Origin: Candidatus Zixiibacteriota bacterium
GTDB lineage: Bacteria; Zixibacteria; MSB-5A5; GN15; FEB-12
Length of the DNA stretch: 36,375 bases
Direction of reading: 5' to 3'
NCBI GenBank assembly: GCA_041742355.1
Contig: JBGSIV010000228.1
Coordinates: forward strand, 1 to 36,375
In this document: positions 17,592 through 25,343 of the stretch, piece after piece
Position numbering within the stretch: position 1 is the first letter of the stretch
Layout: each line of letters starts with the position of its first letter
The notes under the pieces: generated by a model
Told to the model about the DNA's origin: nothing
The model's database searches: none
Seen by the model: the letters and a program-made list of their open reading frames with translations, nothing else
Translations under genes and position numbers: made by a program

Positions 17592-18236
17592 CTACTTGTT
17601 GGCCTTCTTGTAGTCGGCGATAAACTTCTCCAGCCCGATATCGGTCAGTGGGTGCTTGATCAGCTGCTCGATCACGCCGTACGGCATCGTCACGACATCC
17701 GCCCCGATCATCGCCGCCTGCACCACGTGCATCGGATGACGCACCGACGCGACGAGCACTTCCGTCTCGAACACGTAGTTGTTGTAGATCGTCACGATCT
17801 GCTCGATCAACTCCATGCCGTCCTGGGATATGTCGTCGAGCCGTCCGATAAACGGCGAGGCATACGAGGCCCCCGCCTTGGCCACCAGAAGCGCCTGCGA
17901 CGGCGAGAAAATCAGCGTCGCATTCGTCTTGATCCCCTCCGAATGAAGGCTCTTGATTGCCCGAAGCCCCTCGAGAATGGTCGGTATCTTCACCACAATA
18001 TTGTCTGCGATCTTCGCCAGCTCATGCGCCTCGCGCATCATGGCGTCGTACTCGGTCGCAATTACCTCGGCCGAAACCGGGCCGGGCACGATCTTGCAGA
18101 TGTCCTGGAGAATCTCGCGGTACGGCGCCGTTTCCTTGGCCGCCAGCGAAGGATTGGTCGTCACGCCGTCGAGCACGCCCATCGCGTGGGCTTTGCGGAT
18201 CTGCTCGACATTGGCCGTATCGATGAAGAACTTCAT
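17592..18236 (-). CDS. tal: Transaldolase / fructose-6-phosphate aldolase (small TalC/FSA type)
   Basis: [37 protein letters not shown] and HPLTD. Confidence 0.93.
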   Translation of the reverse strand: MKFFIDTANVEQIRKAHAMGVLDGVTTNPSLAAKETAPYREILQDICKIVPGPVSAEVIATEYDAMMREAHELAKIADNIVVKIPTILEGLRAIKSLHSEGIKTNATLIFSPSQALLVAKAGASYASPFIGRLDDISQDGMELIEQIVTIYNNYVFETEVLVASVRHPMHVVQAAMIGADVVTMPYGVIEQLIKHPLTDIGLEKFIADYKKANK

Positions 18237-18250
18237 CGTCCTGGTCCCTC

Positions 18251-19042
18251 TTAGTAGTGTACCGACACCAGGTACAATCCCCGGGCCGGTGCGGTGAACA
18301 CGATGCGTTGGTCCGTCGGAGCCTGTATGATATCCGCAAACCGGGCCAAAGTCAAGTTATCCGGGTGACGGTCCTGAGCCCCCGTCGCGAGGTTCACCAT
18401 AGCGCCGACCAGACTGCGTACCATGTTGTGCAAGAACCGGTTACCACGTATCTCGAACACTCGCAGGGGACCGATCCGGAACCACCGGGCGCTATCGACC
18501 CGGCACCGGTTGTCCTCCTTGCGCGACGAGGTCACGCAGAATGGACTGAAGTCATGCTCCCCGATTATCAGCTTCGCGGCCTCCTGCAGCAGCGCAAGGT
18601 CGACCGGCTCGCGATCGGCCATCTCCTCCCGCACTCCTCCGCGGTCCTCGATTTCCCAGCGGTACTCCTGCCAGAGCGCCGACCGCTCAAACGCCAGCAC
18701 ATACCGGTACCGCTTCCAGAGCGCACTTCTCCGCGCGTTGAACCCCGCCGGAACCTCAATCGAATCCTTCACCCGAATATCACCCGGAAGGTAGTAGTTG
18801 AGCGCGTCGCGGTACTTTTCTGGAGCGAGATGGTGGTCGATCCGGAAATTCGCGACCTGCCCCAGCGCGTGCACGCCGGCATCGGTCCTTCCGGCCCCGG
18901 TCACCGAGACCCCCTTCCCGGTTGTGCGACCAATCGCTGCGGTGATCTCCCCCTGAACCGTGCTTTGCTCCGCCTGGATCTGCCACCCAGCGAAATGAGT
19001 GCCTTTGTACTCGATCGTAAGCTTGATGTTGCGTTCGGCCAT
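18251..19042 (-). CDS. truA: tRNA pseudouridine(38-40) synthase
   Basis: [32 protein letters not shown] and [12 protein letters not shown] at 19042. Confidence 0.97.
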   Translation of the reverse strand: MAERNIKLTIEYKGTHFAGWQIQAEQSTVQGEITAAIGRTTGKGVSVTGAGRTDAGVHALGQVANFRIDHHLAPEKYRDALNYYLPGDIRVKDSIEVPAGFNARRSALWKRYRYVLAFERSALWQEYRWEIEDRGGVREEMADREPVDLALLQEAAKLIIGEHDFSPFCVTSSRKEDNRCRVDSARWFRIGPLRVFEIRGNRFLHNMVRSLVGAMVNLATGAQDRHPDNLTLARFADIIQAPTDQRIVFTAPARGLYLVSVHY

Positions 19043-19046
19043 AACC

Positions 19047-19193
19047 GGTAGGTCAAACACGGCTCTGCGTGTTTGACATCTCCACGTTCAGTTGTCCAAT
19101 TCCTGGTAGGCCAAACACGGCTCTGCGTGTTTGACATCTCCACGTTCAGTTGTCCAATTCCTGGTAGGTCAAACACGGCTCTGCGTGTTTGAC
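19047..19193. repeat. 58-nt tandem repeat (2.5 units) built on the GTAGGTCAAACACGGCTCTGCGTGTTTGAC hairpin
   Basis: Units start at 19047, 19105 and 19163; the linkers are identical. Confidence 0.92.
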
Positions 19194-19208
19194 GTATGTG
19201 TTGCCCCC

Positions 19209-19626
19209 GTCAAGCACCGAAACCGGTGCTTGACCTACCAAACTGATTATCACCAACATTCTATCACCAACACTCTATCACCAACATTCAGACATTGTCA
19301 TCCCTGCGAAAGCAGGGATCCAGTCTTCTCCCCGTAGGCCGGGTTCCGAGGGGCCTTGGCCCCGAGAAACCCGACTTGTGTGATGTTCAAAATTCACTCT
19401 CAAAGGACCGAACCCTCGCGGTCCTGACGTTGACTCAACGCCAACGTATGGGGTCTGTCATTGCGAGCGCAGCGAAGCAAACTCTCCCTGGAGGTGGGGT
19501 TCGCCATGTAGGTCGGGTTCCGAGCCGCCCAAGCGGCGAGAAACCCGACTTGTCAACAAAGCGCTTCATCTCCTGTCGGGTTTCTCCGCATCGCGCCTGC
19601 GGCGCTCGCTCCGGAACCCGGCCTAC
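19209..19626. repeat. REP-like hairpin mosaic with a 14-nt tandem repeat
   Basis: Inverted GTAGGTCAAGCACC.. 19209-19238; (YTATCACCAACAYT)x3 19247-19288; GTCATCCCTGCGAAAGCAGGGATCCAGT 19297-19324; GTAGGYCGGGTTCC family at 19334-19375, 19508-19549 and 19575-19626 (inverted); GTCATTGCGAGCGCAGCGAAGCAA at 19457. Confidence 0.85.
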
Positions 19627-19649
19627 TTTGTGTTCCGACACCCGGCGCA

Positions 19650-20462
19650 TCATGCTTCCCCCCGCGTCACCCACCACAACACGATGATCAATCCCGTCGA
19701 CCACACCGCGAACGCCCATTCTCTCGGCCCGAACTCCAGCCGCGAGTACGAGGTCCGCTTCACCCCGCTCTTATACCCGCGCGCCTCCATCGCCAGCGCC
19801 AGCTCATCCGCCCGCTGCAGCGCCGCGACAAATACCGGGATGATAATGCTCACCGTCTTCTTCACCCGGTTCACGATCGAGCCGGTGAACTTCACCCCCC
19901 GAATTACCTGCGCATTGCGTATCGCCTGGAACTCCTCATAGAGCACCGGAATGAACCGCATCGCCATGAAGAGTATCAGAGACAGATCCTGTACCGGCAC
20001 CTTGATCCGCTCGAGCGGCGCCAGAAGCTTGCTGACCGCGTCGGCCAGTTCCGAGGGAGCACACGTGAGCGTGATCAAGAACGCCACCGACACAAACAGC
20101 ACGAGCCGCAAAGAGTAGAACGCCGCATCGAGCACCGCCCGCTCGCGCAGGACGATCGGCCCCCACTTGAACCAGATTTCCGACTTGTCACCCGAGAAGA
20201 TCAGATGATATGCCGCCGTGACAATTACGAGCGCGATTACCGGCTTGAAATTGCGCGCCAGTTGCCCCGCTCCCACCCCTGAAAAAAGCAGCGCCACAAT
20301 CAGCGACGTCAGCACGACACCGTAGAACAGGAATGAATTGGTGAGCAGGCCGAGAATCAGCACCACCGTGATAGGCAGCATTTTCGCCCGTGCATCGAGG
20401 CGGTGCAGAAACGAGTCGACCGGGCGGTACTGCCCGAGCAGTATGGGGGCGGATTGAAACAC
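19650..20462 (-). CDS. ecfT: Energy-coupling factor transporter transmembrane component T
   Basis: LGQYRPVDSFLHRLDARAK, MRFIPVL..E...I..AQ..RG and ALAMEARGY. Start assigned to GTG 20462. Confidence 0.93.
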   Translation of the reverse strand: MFQSAPILLGQYRPVDSFLHRLDARAKMLPITVVLILGLLTNSFLFYGVVLTSLIVALLFSGVGAGQLARNFKPVIALVIVTAAYHLIFSGDKSEIWFKWGPIVLRERAVLDAAFYSLRLVLFVSVAFLITLTCAPSELADAVSKLLAPLERIKVPVQDLSLILFMAMRFIPVLYEEFQAIRNAQVIRGVKFTGSIVNRVKKTVSIIIPVFVAALQRADELALAMEARGYKSGVKRTSYSRLEFGPREWAFAVWSTGLIIVLWWVTRGEA

Positions 20463-20526
20463 GGGGGAATATAGGCAGTTGGTGGCCGCAAGGTCAACGT
20501 GTAAGAACCCGGCCGATATCGGCCGA

Positions 20527-21276
20527 TCACCGCTCGCCTTTAGCGGCCCGGATCCAGAGGAAGTGCGGATATTTGGACAACGTGGCATAGCTGTCGGGAT
20601 CGCGGTCCTTGATTTCGGCCAGCGGCCTCGGCTCAAGCAGCCGCTCCAAACGGAAACCGCCCTCGATCACCGCTTCAATAATGTCGGACAACGGACGGCG
20701 ATAAAACGGCACCGTCACCTTCCCCCCGAAACTGCTCCACTCATCCGACACCAGGGCGATGTCGTAGTAGTCGGTCTCAGTGTGGCGGCAGAAATCGGCG
20801 AACGGGTGCTGGCAGGAAAACACGAGCACGCCGCCCGGTTTCAGCACGCGATAGAACTCCCTCATCGTGCTGTGCCAGTCGTGGACATACTCCAGAACCA
20901 GCCCCGATACGACTGCATCGAACGACGCATCCACAAACGGCAGGGGGCGCTCGAGATCGGCCCAGACGAGCGCCGCACGGTCCCCGAGCCTTTTGCGCGC
21001 CTGCGCCAGCATCGCCGGGCTGATATCGAGCGCCGTGACCTCCGCGCCCCGCTTGAGCAGCCACTCGCTGTACCATCCCGGCCCGCAGCCGGCATCGAGC
21101 ACCTGCCTGCCGTCGACCTCCGGGATCAGCGCGACCGTGTTCGGGCGGTCGTAGTGGCCGTTCCATTCGTTGTCGTCCGCAAACGTCGCGAATGCCTCGG
21201 CCAGCGCCTCGTAGGCCTCGAGGGCGATAGGCCCGGCGGAACCACGTTGATCGTCACTCGGTACTTCGGAGTCCAT
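20527..21276 (-). CDS. Class I SAM-dependent methyltransferase
   Basis: VLDAGCGPG, LDISPAML, LPFVDASFDAV and RVLKPGG. Confidence 0.92.
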   Translation of the reverse strand: MDSEVPSDDQRGSAGPIALEAYEALAEAFATFADDNEWNGHYDRPNTVALIPEVDGRQVLDAGCGPGWYSEWLLKRGAEVTALDISPAMLAQARKRLGDRAALVWADLERPLPFVDASFDAVVSGLVLEYVHDWHSTMREFYRVLKPGGVLVFSCQHPFADFCRHTETDYYDIALVSDEWSSFGGKVTVPFYRRPLSDIIEAVIEGGFRLERLLEPRPLAEIKDRDPDSYATLSKYPHFLWIRAAKGER

Positions 21277-21601
21277 ACATCATCCTGAGTAGGCGTTCGA
21301 ATTGGGTTATATACTATCTGCGGCACATTATGGCAAGCAGCGTCCGCAAACCAATGACGCCCCCCGCCCGAAGGCCTGACAGTACGCTTTGACGGCCCAT
21401 TGGCTCGCGAAGGCGACAAGAGGGCCGGAAAACCTTTGACAGATCATTTCGTCGTTCCGCAGGGTCACACGCTTCCCCTCGCTGCGCTCGGGGTCGCGCA
21501 AGAGCCTGCGGAACAGCGTGGCTGACACCCACATTCCGCGTGCGGCCGATATCCACGTTCTGTGCGCGGCAGATGTCCACATCTGCCGCGAATCCCCCCT
21601 G

Positions 21602-21662
21602 CAAAATCGACAGCAAACTGATGGAGATTACCCCATGGTCCACAGTAAGTATAAGACAGAGT
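21602..21662 (+). repeat. 61-bp dispersed element, copy 2 (copy 1 at 11842-11902)
   Basis: Ungapped alignment to 11842-11902. Confidence 0.8.
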
Positions 21663-21747
21663 CAAGGAGCAGGACAAAGTGAACGGGCAGCTAAGAGAGC
21701 ACTCTGAGGAGGACAGACGCCTCTTGGGAGCTTTCTTGAGGAAGGTT

Positions 21748-21810
21748 CGCTGTGATAAGTGAGTGAGGTCCGCTGTGATAGGTGAGAGAGGTCGCTGTGA
21801 TAAGAGAGAC
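21748..21810. repeat. Three direct repeats (CGCTGTGATARG core), period 22-23 nt
   Basis: CGCTGTGATA at 21748, 21771 and 21793. Confidence 0.8.
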
Positions 21811-21833
21811 CGGCTATGCTGTTGATTTCTACC

Positions 21834-22058
21834 AAACGAACCCAACCTCAAGAAGTAGGTTCATACTACCAAACGAGGACTCAATTAACCGTCATTCCCG
21901 CGCAGGCGGGAATCCAGTCGAGCCTAACTCTACCGTCTGTCAGAAGTTACCAAACGAACCCAATCTCCGATGGCCCACCATTCATGGTGGGTCTCTCTCA
22001 GGCAGAGAGACAAGGCGGAGACATGAACACTACTGGGAGAATGCCCAAACGAACCCAA
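21834..22058 (+). repeat. Co-oriented AAACGAACCCAA repeats interleaved with REP-like hairpins
   Basis: Motif at 21834, 21952 and 22047, degenerate at 21871; hairpins at 21891-21918 and 21971-21991. Confidence 0.8.
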
Positions 22059-22063
22059 ACCCC

Positions 22064-22225
22064 CTACCGCACTAGCCCGTCCCGCTTCCGCGCCAGCTTC
22101 ATCAGCCCGCAGGAAGCACACGGCGCCTTCCTCCGGAACGCCTTCTGCCAGAAGTGCCACGACAGGTACCCGGCCGCTCCGAGGATCAGTGCGCCGATCA
22201 CTACATATTGCCAGAGCGCGTCCAT
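22064..22225 (-). CDS. FeoB-associated Cys-rich small membrane protein (53 aa)
   Basis: MDALWQYVVIGALILGAAGYLSWHFWQKAFRRKAPCASCG: a TM helix plus CxxC; TGATG coupling to the feoB stop. Confidence 0.8.
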   Translation of the reverse strand: MDALWQYVVIGALILGAAGYLSWHFWQKAFRRKAPCASCGLMKLARKRDGLVR

Positions 22226-24414
22226 CAGTACCACACCCGACTGAAGATCTGATAGACCGCCAGCGCGCTCACATACGCAAGGCCGGTCATATAGAAGAAG
22301 ACGATCGCCGGATACCGCCACGACTGCGTCTCCTTCTTGATCGTCACGAGCGTCGCGCCGCACTGGCAACAGAGCGCGAAAAAGATCATGATCGACAACG
22401 CCACCGCCGGCGTGAAGAGCGGCTGCCCCGCCAGTGTGCCCGACTCCCATTTGGCCTGGCGCATGCGTTCGATCAGCGAACCCGACTCCTCGTCGACTTC
22501 GGAGCCGAGATTGAAGATAGTCCCAATCGTCGCGATAATCACCTCGCGCGCCGGGAAAGCCGCCAGCGTCGCCATTGTCACCCGCCAGTCCCATCCGAGC
22601 GGGCGGAACACCGGCTCGACCGCGTGGCCGATCCGGGCGAAGTACGATGTGCGCAGTTGTGCGCCGGCCATCTCATTCGAGAGCGCCAGTGCTTCCTCTT
22701 GCGATTGGGCCGCCTCGATGCGCTGGTCGTAAACCTGCGCGATCTGTTTGTCGCGCGGGAAGTACGAGAGGGCCCAGATGATGATCGTGATCGCCATGAT
22801 GACCGTCCCGGCGCGCACGACAAAGGCTTTCACCCGGTTGACCACCCGGATTGCAATCGATCGGAGCGTCGGCAGCTTGTACGACGGCATCTCCATGAGG
22901 AAGGTGCCCCGCTCCGCCTTGAACACGAGCCGTTGCAACACGAATGACACAGCCACCGCCACGACAATGCCGAGGAGGTAGAGCATGGTCAGGACCATTC
23001 CCTGCAGGTTGAATATCCCCAGCCAGGTCTTGTACGGGATAAAGGCCGCGATCATCACCGCGTACACCGGCAGCCGCGCCGAGCAGGTCATGAGTGGCGC
23101 CACCATGATCGTGATGAAGCGCAGCTTGCGATCCTCGATCGTGCGGGTCGCAAGAATCCCCGGCACCGCGCAGGCGAACGACGAAAGCATGGGGATGAAC
23201 GATTTGCCGGAGAGTCCGCACCAGCGGAACATCCGATCGACCAGGAACGCCGCGCGCGCCATGTAACCGCTGTCTTCGAGAAAGGCGATGAAGAGAAAGA
23301 GAATGACAATCTGGGGAATGAACACGAGGACCGACCCGACTCCGCCGATCACGCCGTCGGCAAGGAGCGACTGCAGCGGTCCCGCCGGCATTGCGCTTTC
23401 GACCACTCTGGCGAGCTTGCCGAACACGCCATCGATGAGATCCATAAACGGTTCGGCCCACGAGAAGATCGACTGGAACACCAGCATCATCGTGAACACC
23501 AGCACAATCGGCCCGAGCACAGGATGCAGCAGGTAGCGATCGAGTTTTTCCGAGCGGGTCTTCCCTGCTTCCGGGTGCACCCGCACCGTTTCGTGAAAGA
23601 CCTCGGCCGCCCGTTTGGTCAGGGGCGTCATTTCGGCTGTGGCCAGTCCGCCGGCATGCGTGCGAATCCGGGCCCTTCCCCGCTTCAGCACCTCGTGGGC
23701 CGAAGGATCGGTTCCGGCGAGAAACCGGGCTTCCGCCGGGCCATCGGCATCGAAGATCACTCGAAGGTATTCCGCCCGCGACCGGTGGCCGTTACCCGGT
23801 ATGACGCGCAACTCGGCGATCAACTCCTCGACCGGCGGACCGTAGGTATGGGAAGTGCGGTGGATTTTGGATGCGGCCGCTTCGGCCGCCATGTGCTTGA
23901 GTTGGTCGACTCCGACACCCTTGCTGCCGACCACCGGCGCCACGGGAATACCGAGCAGTTGCCCGAGCCGCTGGAAATCGATTGTCAGCCCGCGCTTCTC
24001 GGCGATATCGACCATATTGACCGCGGCCACCGTCGGCCGCCCGATTTCGAGCACCTGAAACAGGAAGTACAACCCGCGCTCGAGGTTGGTGGCGTCCACA
24101 ACGCAGATGATCGCGTCGGGCGCCAGGGCATCGTCGAGCCCGCCGGTCAGGGCGGAGCAGGCAATGTACTCATCGGGGGAAAAGGCCGAGAGGGAATAGG
24201 TGCCGGGAATGTCGACGATCGTGAATCGGCCAGCTTCGTGCTGAAAGTGGCCGCTGACCCGCTCGACCGTGACGCCGGGATAATTGCCGACCTGTTGGGA
24301 GAGCCCGGTGATCGCGTTGAAGATCGTTGTCTTGCCGCAGTTGGGATTGCCGCAAATAGCGATAACCGGGGTCGCTGTAGTCTCTTTTGCCGGCGTTCTC
24401 GGACGCATCGCCAT
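22225..24414 (-). CDS. feoB: Ferrous iron transport protein B
   Basis: GNPNCGKTT, VGNYPGVTVE, DIPGTYSL, NMVD, EDSGYMARAAF, CSARLPVY and FPAREV. Confidence 0.98.
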   Translation of the reverse strand: MAMRPRTPAKETTATPVIAICGNPNCGKTTIFNAITGLSQQVGNYPGVTVERVSGHFQHEAGRFTIVDIPGTYSLSAFSPDEYIACSALTGGLDDALAPDAIICVVDATNLERGLYFLFQVLEIGRPTVAAVNMVDIAEKRGLTIDFQRLGQLLGIPVAPVVGSKGVGVDQLKHMAAEAAASKIHRTSHTYGPPVEELIAELRVIPGNGHRSRAEYLRVIFDADGPAEARFLAGTDPSAHEVLKRGRARIRTHAGGLATAEMTPLTKRAAEVFHETVRVHPEAGKTRSEKLDRYLLHPVLGPIVLVFTMMLVFQSIFSWAEPFMDLIDGVFGKLARVVESAMPAGPLQSLLADGVIGGVGSVLVFIPQIVILFLFIAFLEDSGYMARAAFLVDRMFRWCGLSGKSFIPMLSSFACAVPGILATRTIEDRKLRFITIMVAPLMTCSARLPVYAVMIAAFIPYKTWLGIFNLQGMVLTMLYLLGIVVAVAVSFVLQRLVFKAERGTFLMEMPSYKLPTLRSIAIRVVNRVKAFVVRAGTVIMAITIIIWALSYFPRDKQIAQVYDQRIEAAQSQEEALALSNEMAGAQLRTSYFARIGHAVEPVFRPLGWDWRVTMATLAAFPAREVIIATIGTIFNLGSEVDEESGSLIERMRQAKWESGTLAGQPLFTPAVALSIMIFFALCCQCGATLVTIKKETQSWRYPAIVFFYMTGLAYVSALAVYQIFSRVWY

Positions 24415-24426
24415 GGGAACGTCCTG

Positions 24427-24657
24427 TTACGCTTCCGGCTCCACCGCGACCAGCGCCGCTTCGTGGTGGCGCAGGGACAGGCAGCTCGCCCCCACCTGCA
24501 CCTCCATCGGATCATTGAGCGGCGCGTTGCGCAGGTAGGTCACCAGGCGGCCGGGAATTATGCCAAGTTCAAGGAGGCGGCGGGCCAGTTTGCTGTCGTC
24601 GGCAAAGCCGATTACGCGGCCGCGCTGTCCCGGGGTCATCTTGCTCAGATACGTCAT
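24427..24657 (-). CDS. feoA: Ferrous iron transport protein A
   Basis: RRLLELGIIPG..APLNDPMEV..LSLRHHEA. Confidence 0.95.
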   Translation of the reverse strand: MTYLSKMTPGQRGRVIGFADDSKLARRLLELGIIPGRLVTYLRNAPLNDPMEVQVGASCLSLRHHEAALVAVEPEA

Positions 24658-24664
24658 CGCTGTA

Positions 24665-25147
24665 TTACCTCAACCCGTCCGGCCCGGACTGGTCGGGCTC
24701 GTTGTTGGTGGAGACTGCGGATGCCATCGTGCGCTTGCGGCGCTTTGCCCGGCAGTCCTGGCAGTATCCGTGAATTTCGATCTTAAAGCTCTCGGCGTGA
24801 AAGTCATGCCCTTCCGCCACGGTCGCCAGTACCCCCACCAGTTCCTCGATATTGAACTCGGTGAGTGAGCGGCAATCCTGGCAGTACAGGTGGCCGTGGG
24901 GGATGTGCGTTACCCGGTCGTACCGTGTGACGCCGTCGCCGACGTTCACTTCCTCCGCCAGACCGACTTTGCAGATGAGCTTTAGATTCCGCCAGACCGT
25001 GCTGTAACCGATCGAGCGATCCTGCTGGCGGACTTTTTCGTATAAGCCGTCGACCGTGACATGATCGCCCAGTTCAAAGAACGCGCGGAAGATCAGCTCC
25101 CGCTGGGGCGTCATCTTGAAGCCTTTGGTTCTTAAGAACTCTCGCAT
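24665..25147 (-). CDS. fur: Fur-family transcriptional regulator
   Basis: KMTPQRELI, IGYSTVWRNL, HGHLYCQDC and GYCQDC. Start is ATG 25147 or TTG 25153. Confidence 0.9.
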   Translation of the reverse strand: MREFLRTKGFKMTPQRELIFRAFFELGDHVTVDGLYEKVRQQDRSIGYSTVWRNLKLICKVGLAEEVNVGDGVTRYDRVTHIPHGHLYCQDCRSLTEFNIEELVGVLATVAEGHDFHAESFKIEIHGYCQDCRAKRRKRTMASAVSTNNEPDQSGPDGLR

Positions 25148-25167
25148 CGCCAAACCTTACACGGCCA

Positions 25168-25186
25168 AATGAAATCGACTTTCAAT
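25168..25186. promoter_or_regulatory. Putative Fur box
   Basis: AATGAAATCGACTTTCAAT, an imperfect 9-1-9 palindrome between the -10 and the fur start. Confidence 0.65.
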
Positions 25187-25200
25187 TTCAGGTTGCACCA

Positions 25201-25228
25201 ATTATACGTTGCATCGGCGGAAAGTCAA
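25201..25228 (-). promoter_or_regulatory. sigma70 promoter of fur-feoAB
   Basis: Minus strand TTGACT-16nt-TATAAT. Confidence 0.75.
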
Positions 25229-25283
25229 GGAAAATTGAGTCATTTCGTGAATCTTTTCACGATACCGTATCACCATGACTTTC

Positions 25284-25316
25284 AATAAAATAGCCGCCGG
25301 CAACAAGCCGGCGGCT
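25284..25316 (-). terminator. Intrinsic terminator after the M6 protease gene
   Basis: Stem AGCCGCCGGC/GCCGGCGGCT with a T-rich tail on the minus strand. Confidence 0.75.
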
Positions 25317-25343
25317 CAAAATCTTCCGCAAAAATGACCTCGC

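Noticed and set aside
19047..19193. CRISPR-like array (31-nt palindromic repeat, 27-nt spacers)
   Set aside because: The spacers are identical, the repeat occurs singly at 3270 and 13064, and no cas genes are present.
20463..20636. EcfT N-terminal extension from the ORF track
   Set aside because: It overlaps the methyltransferase; family similarity begins near LGQY.
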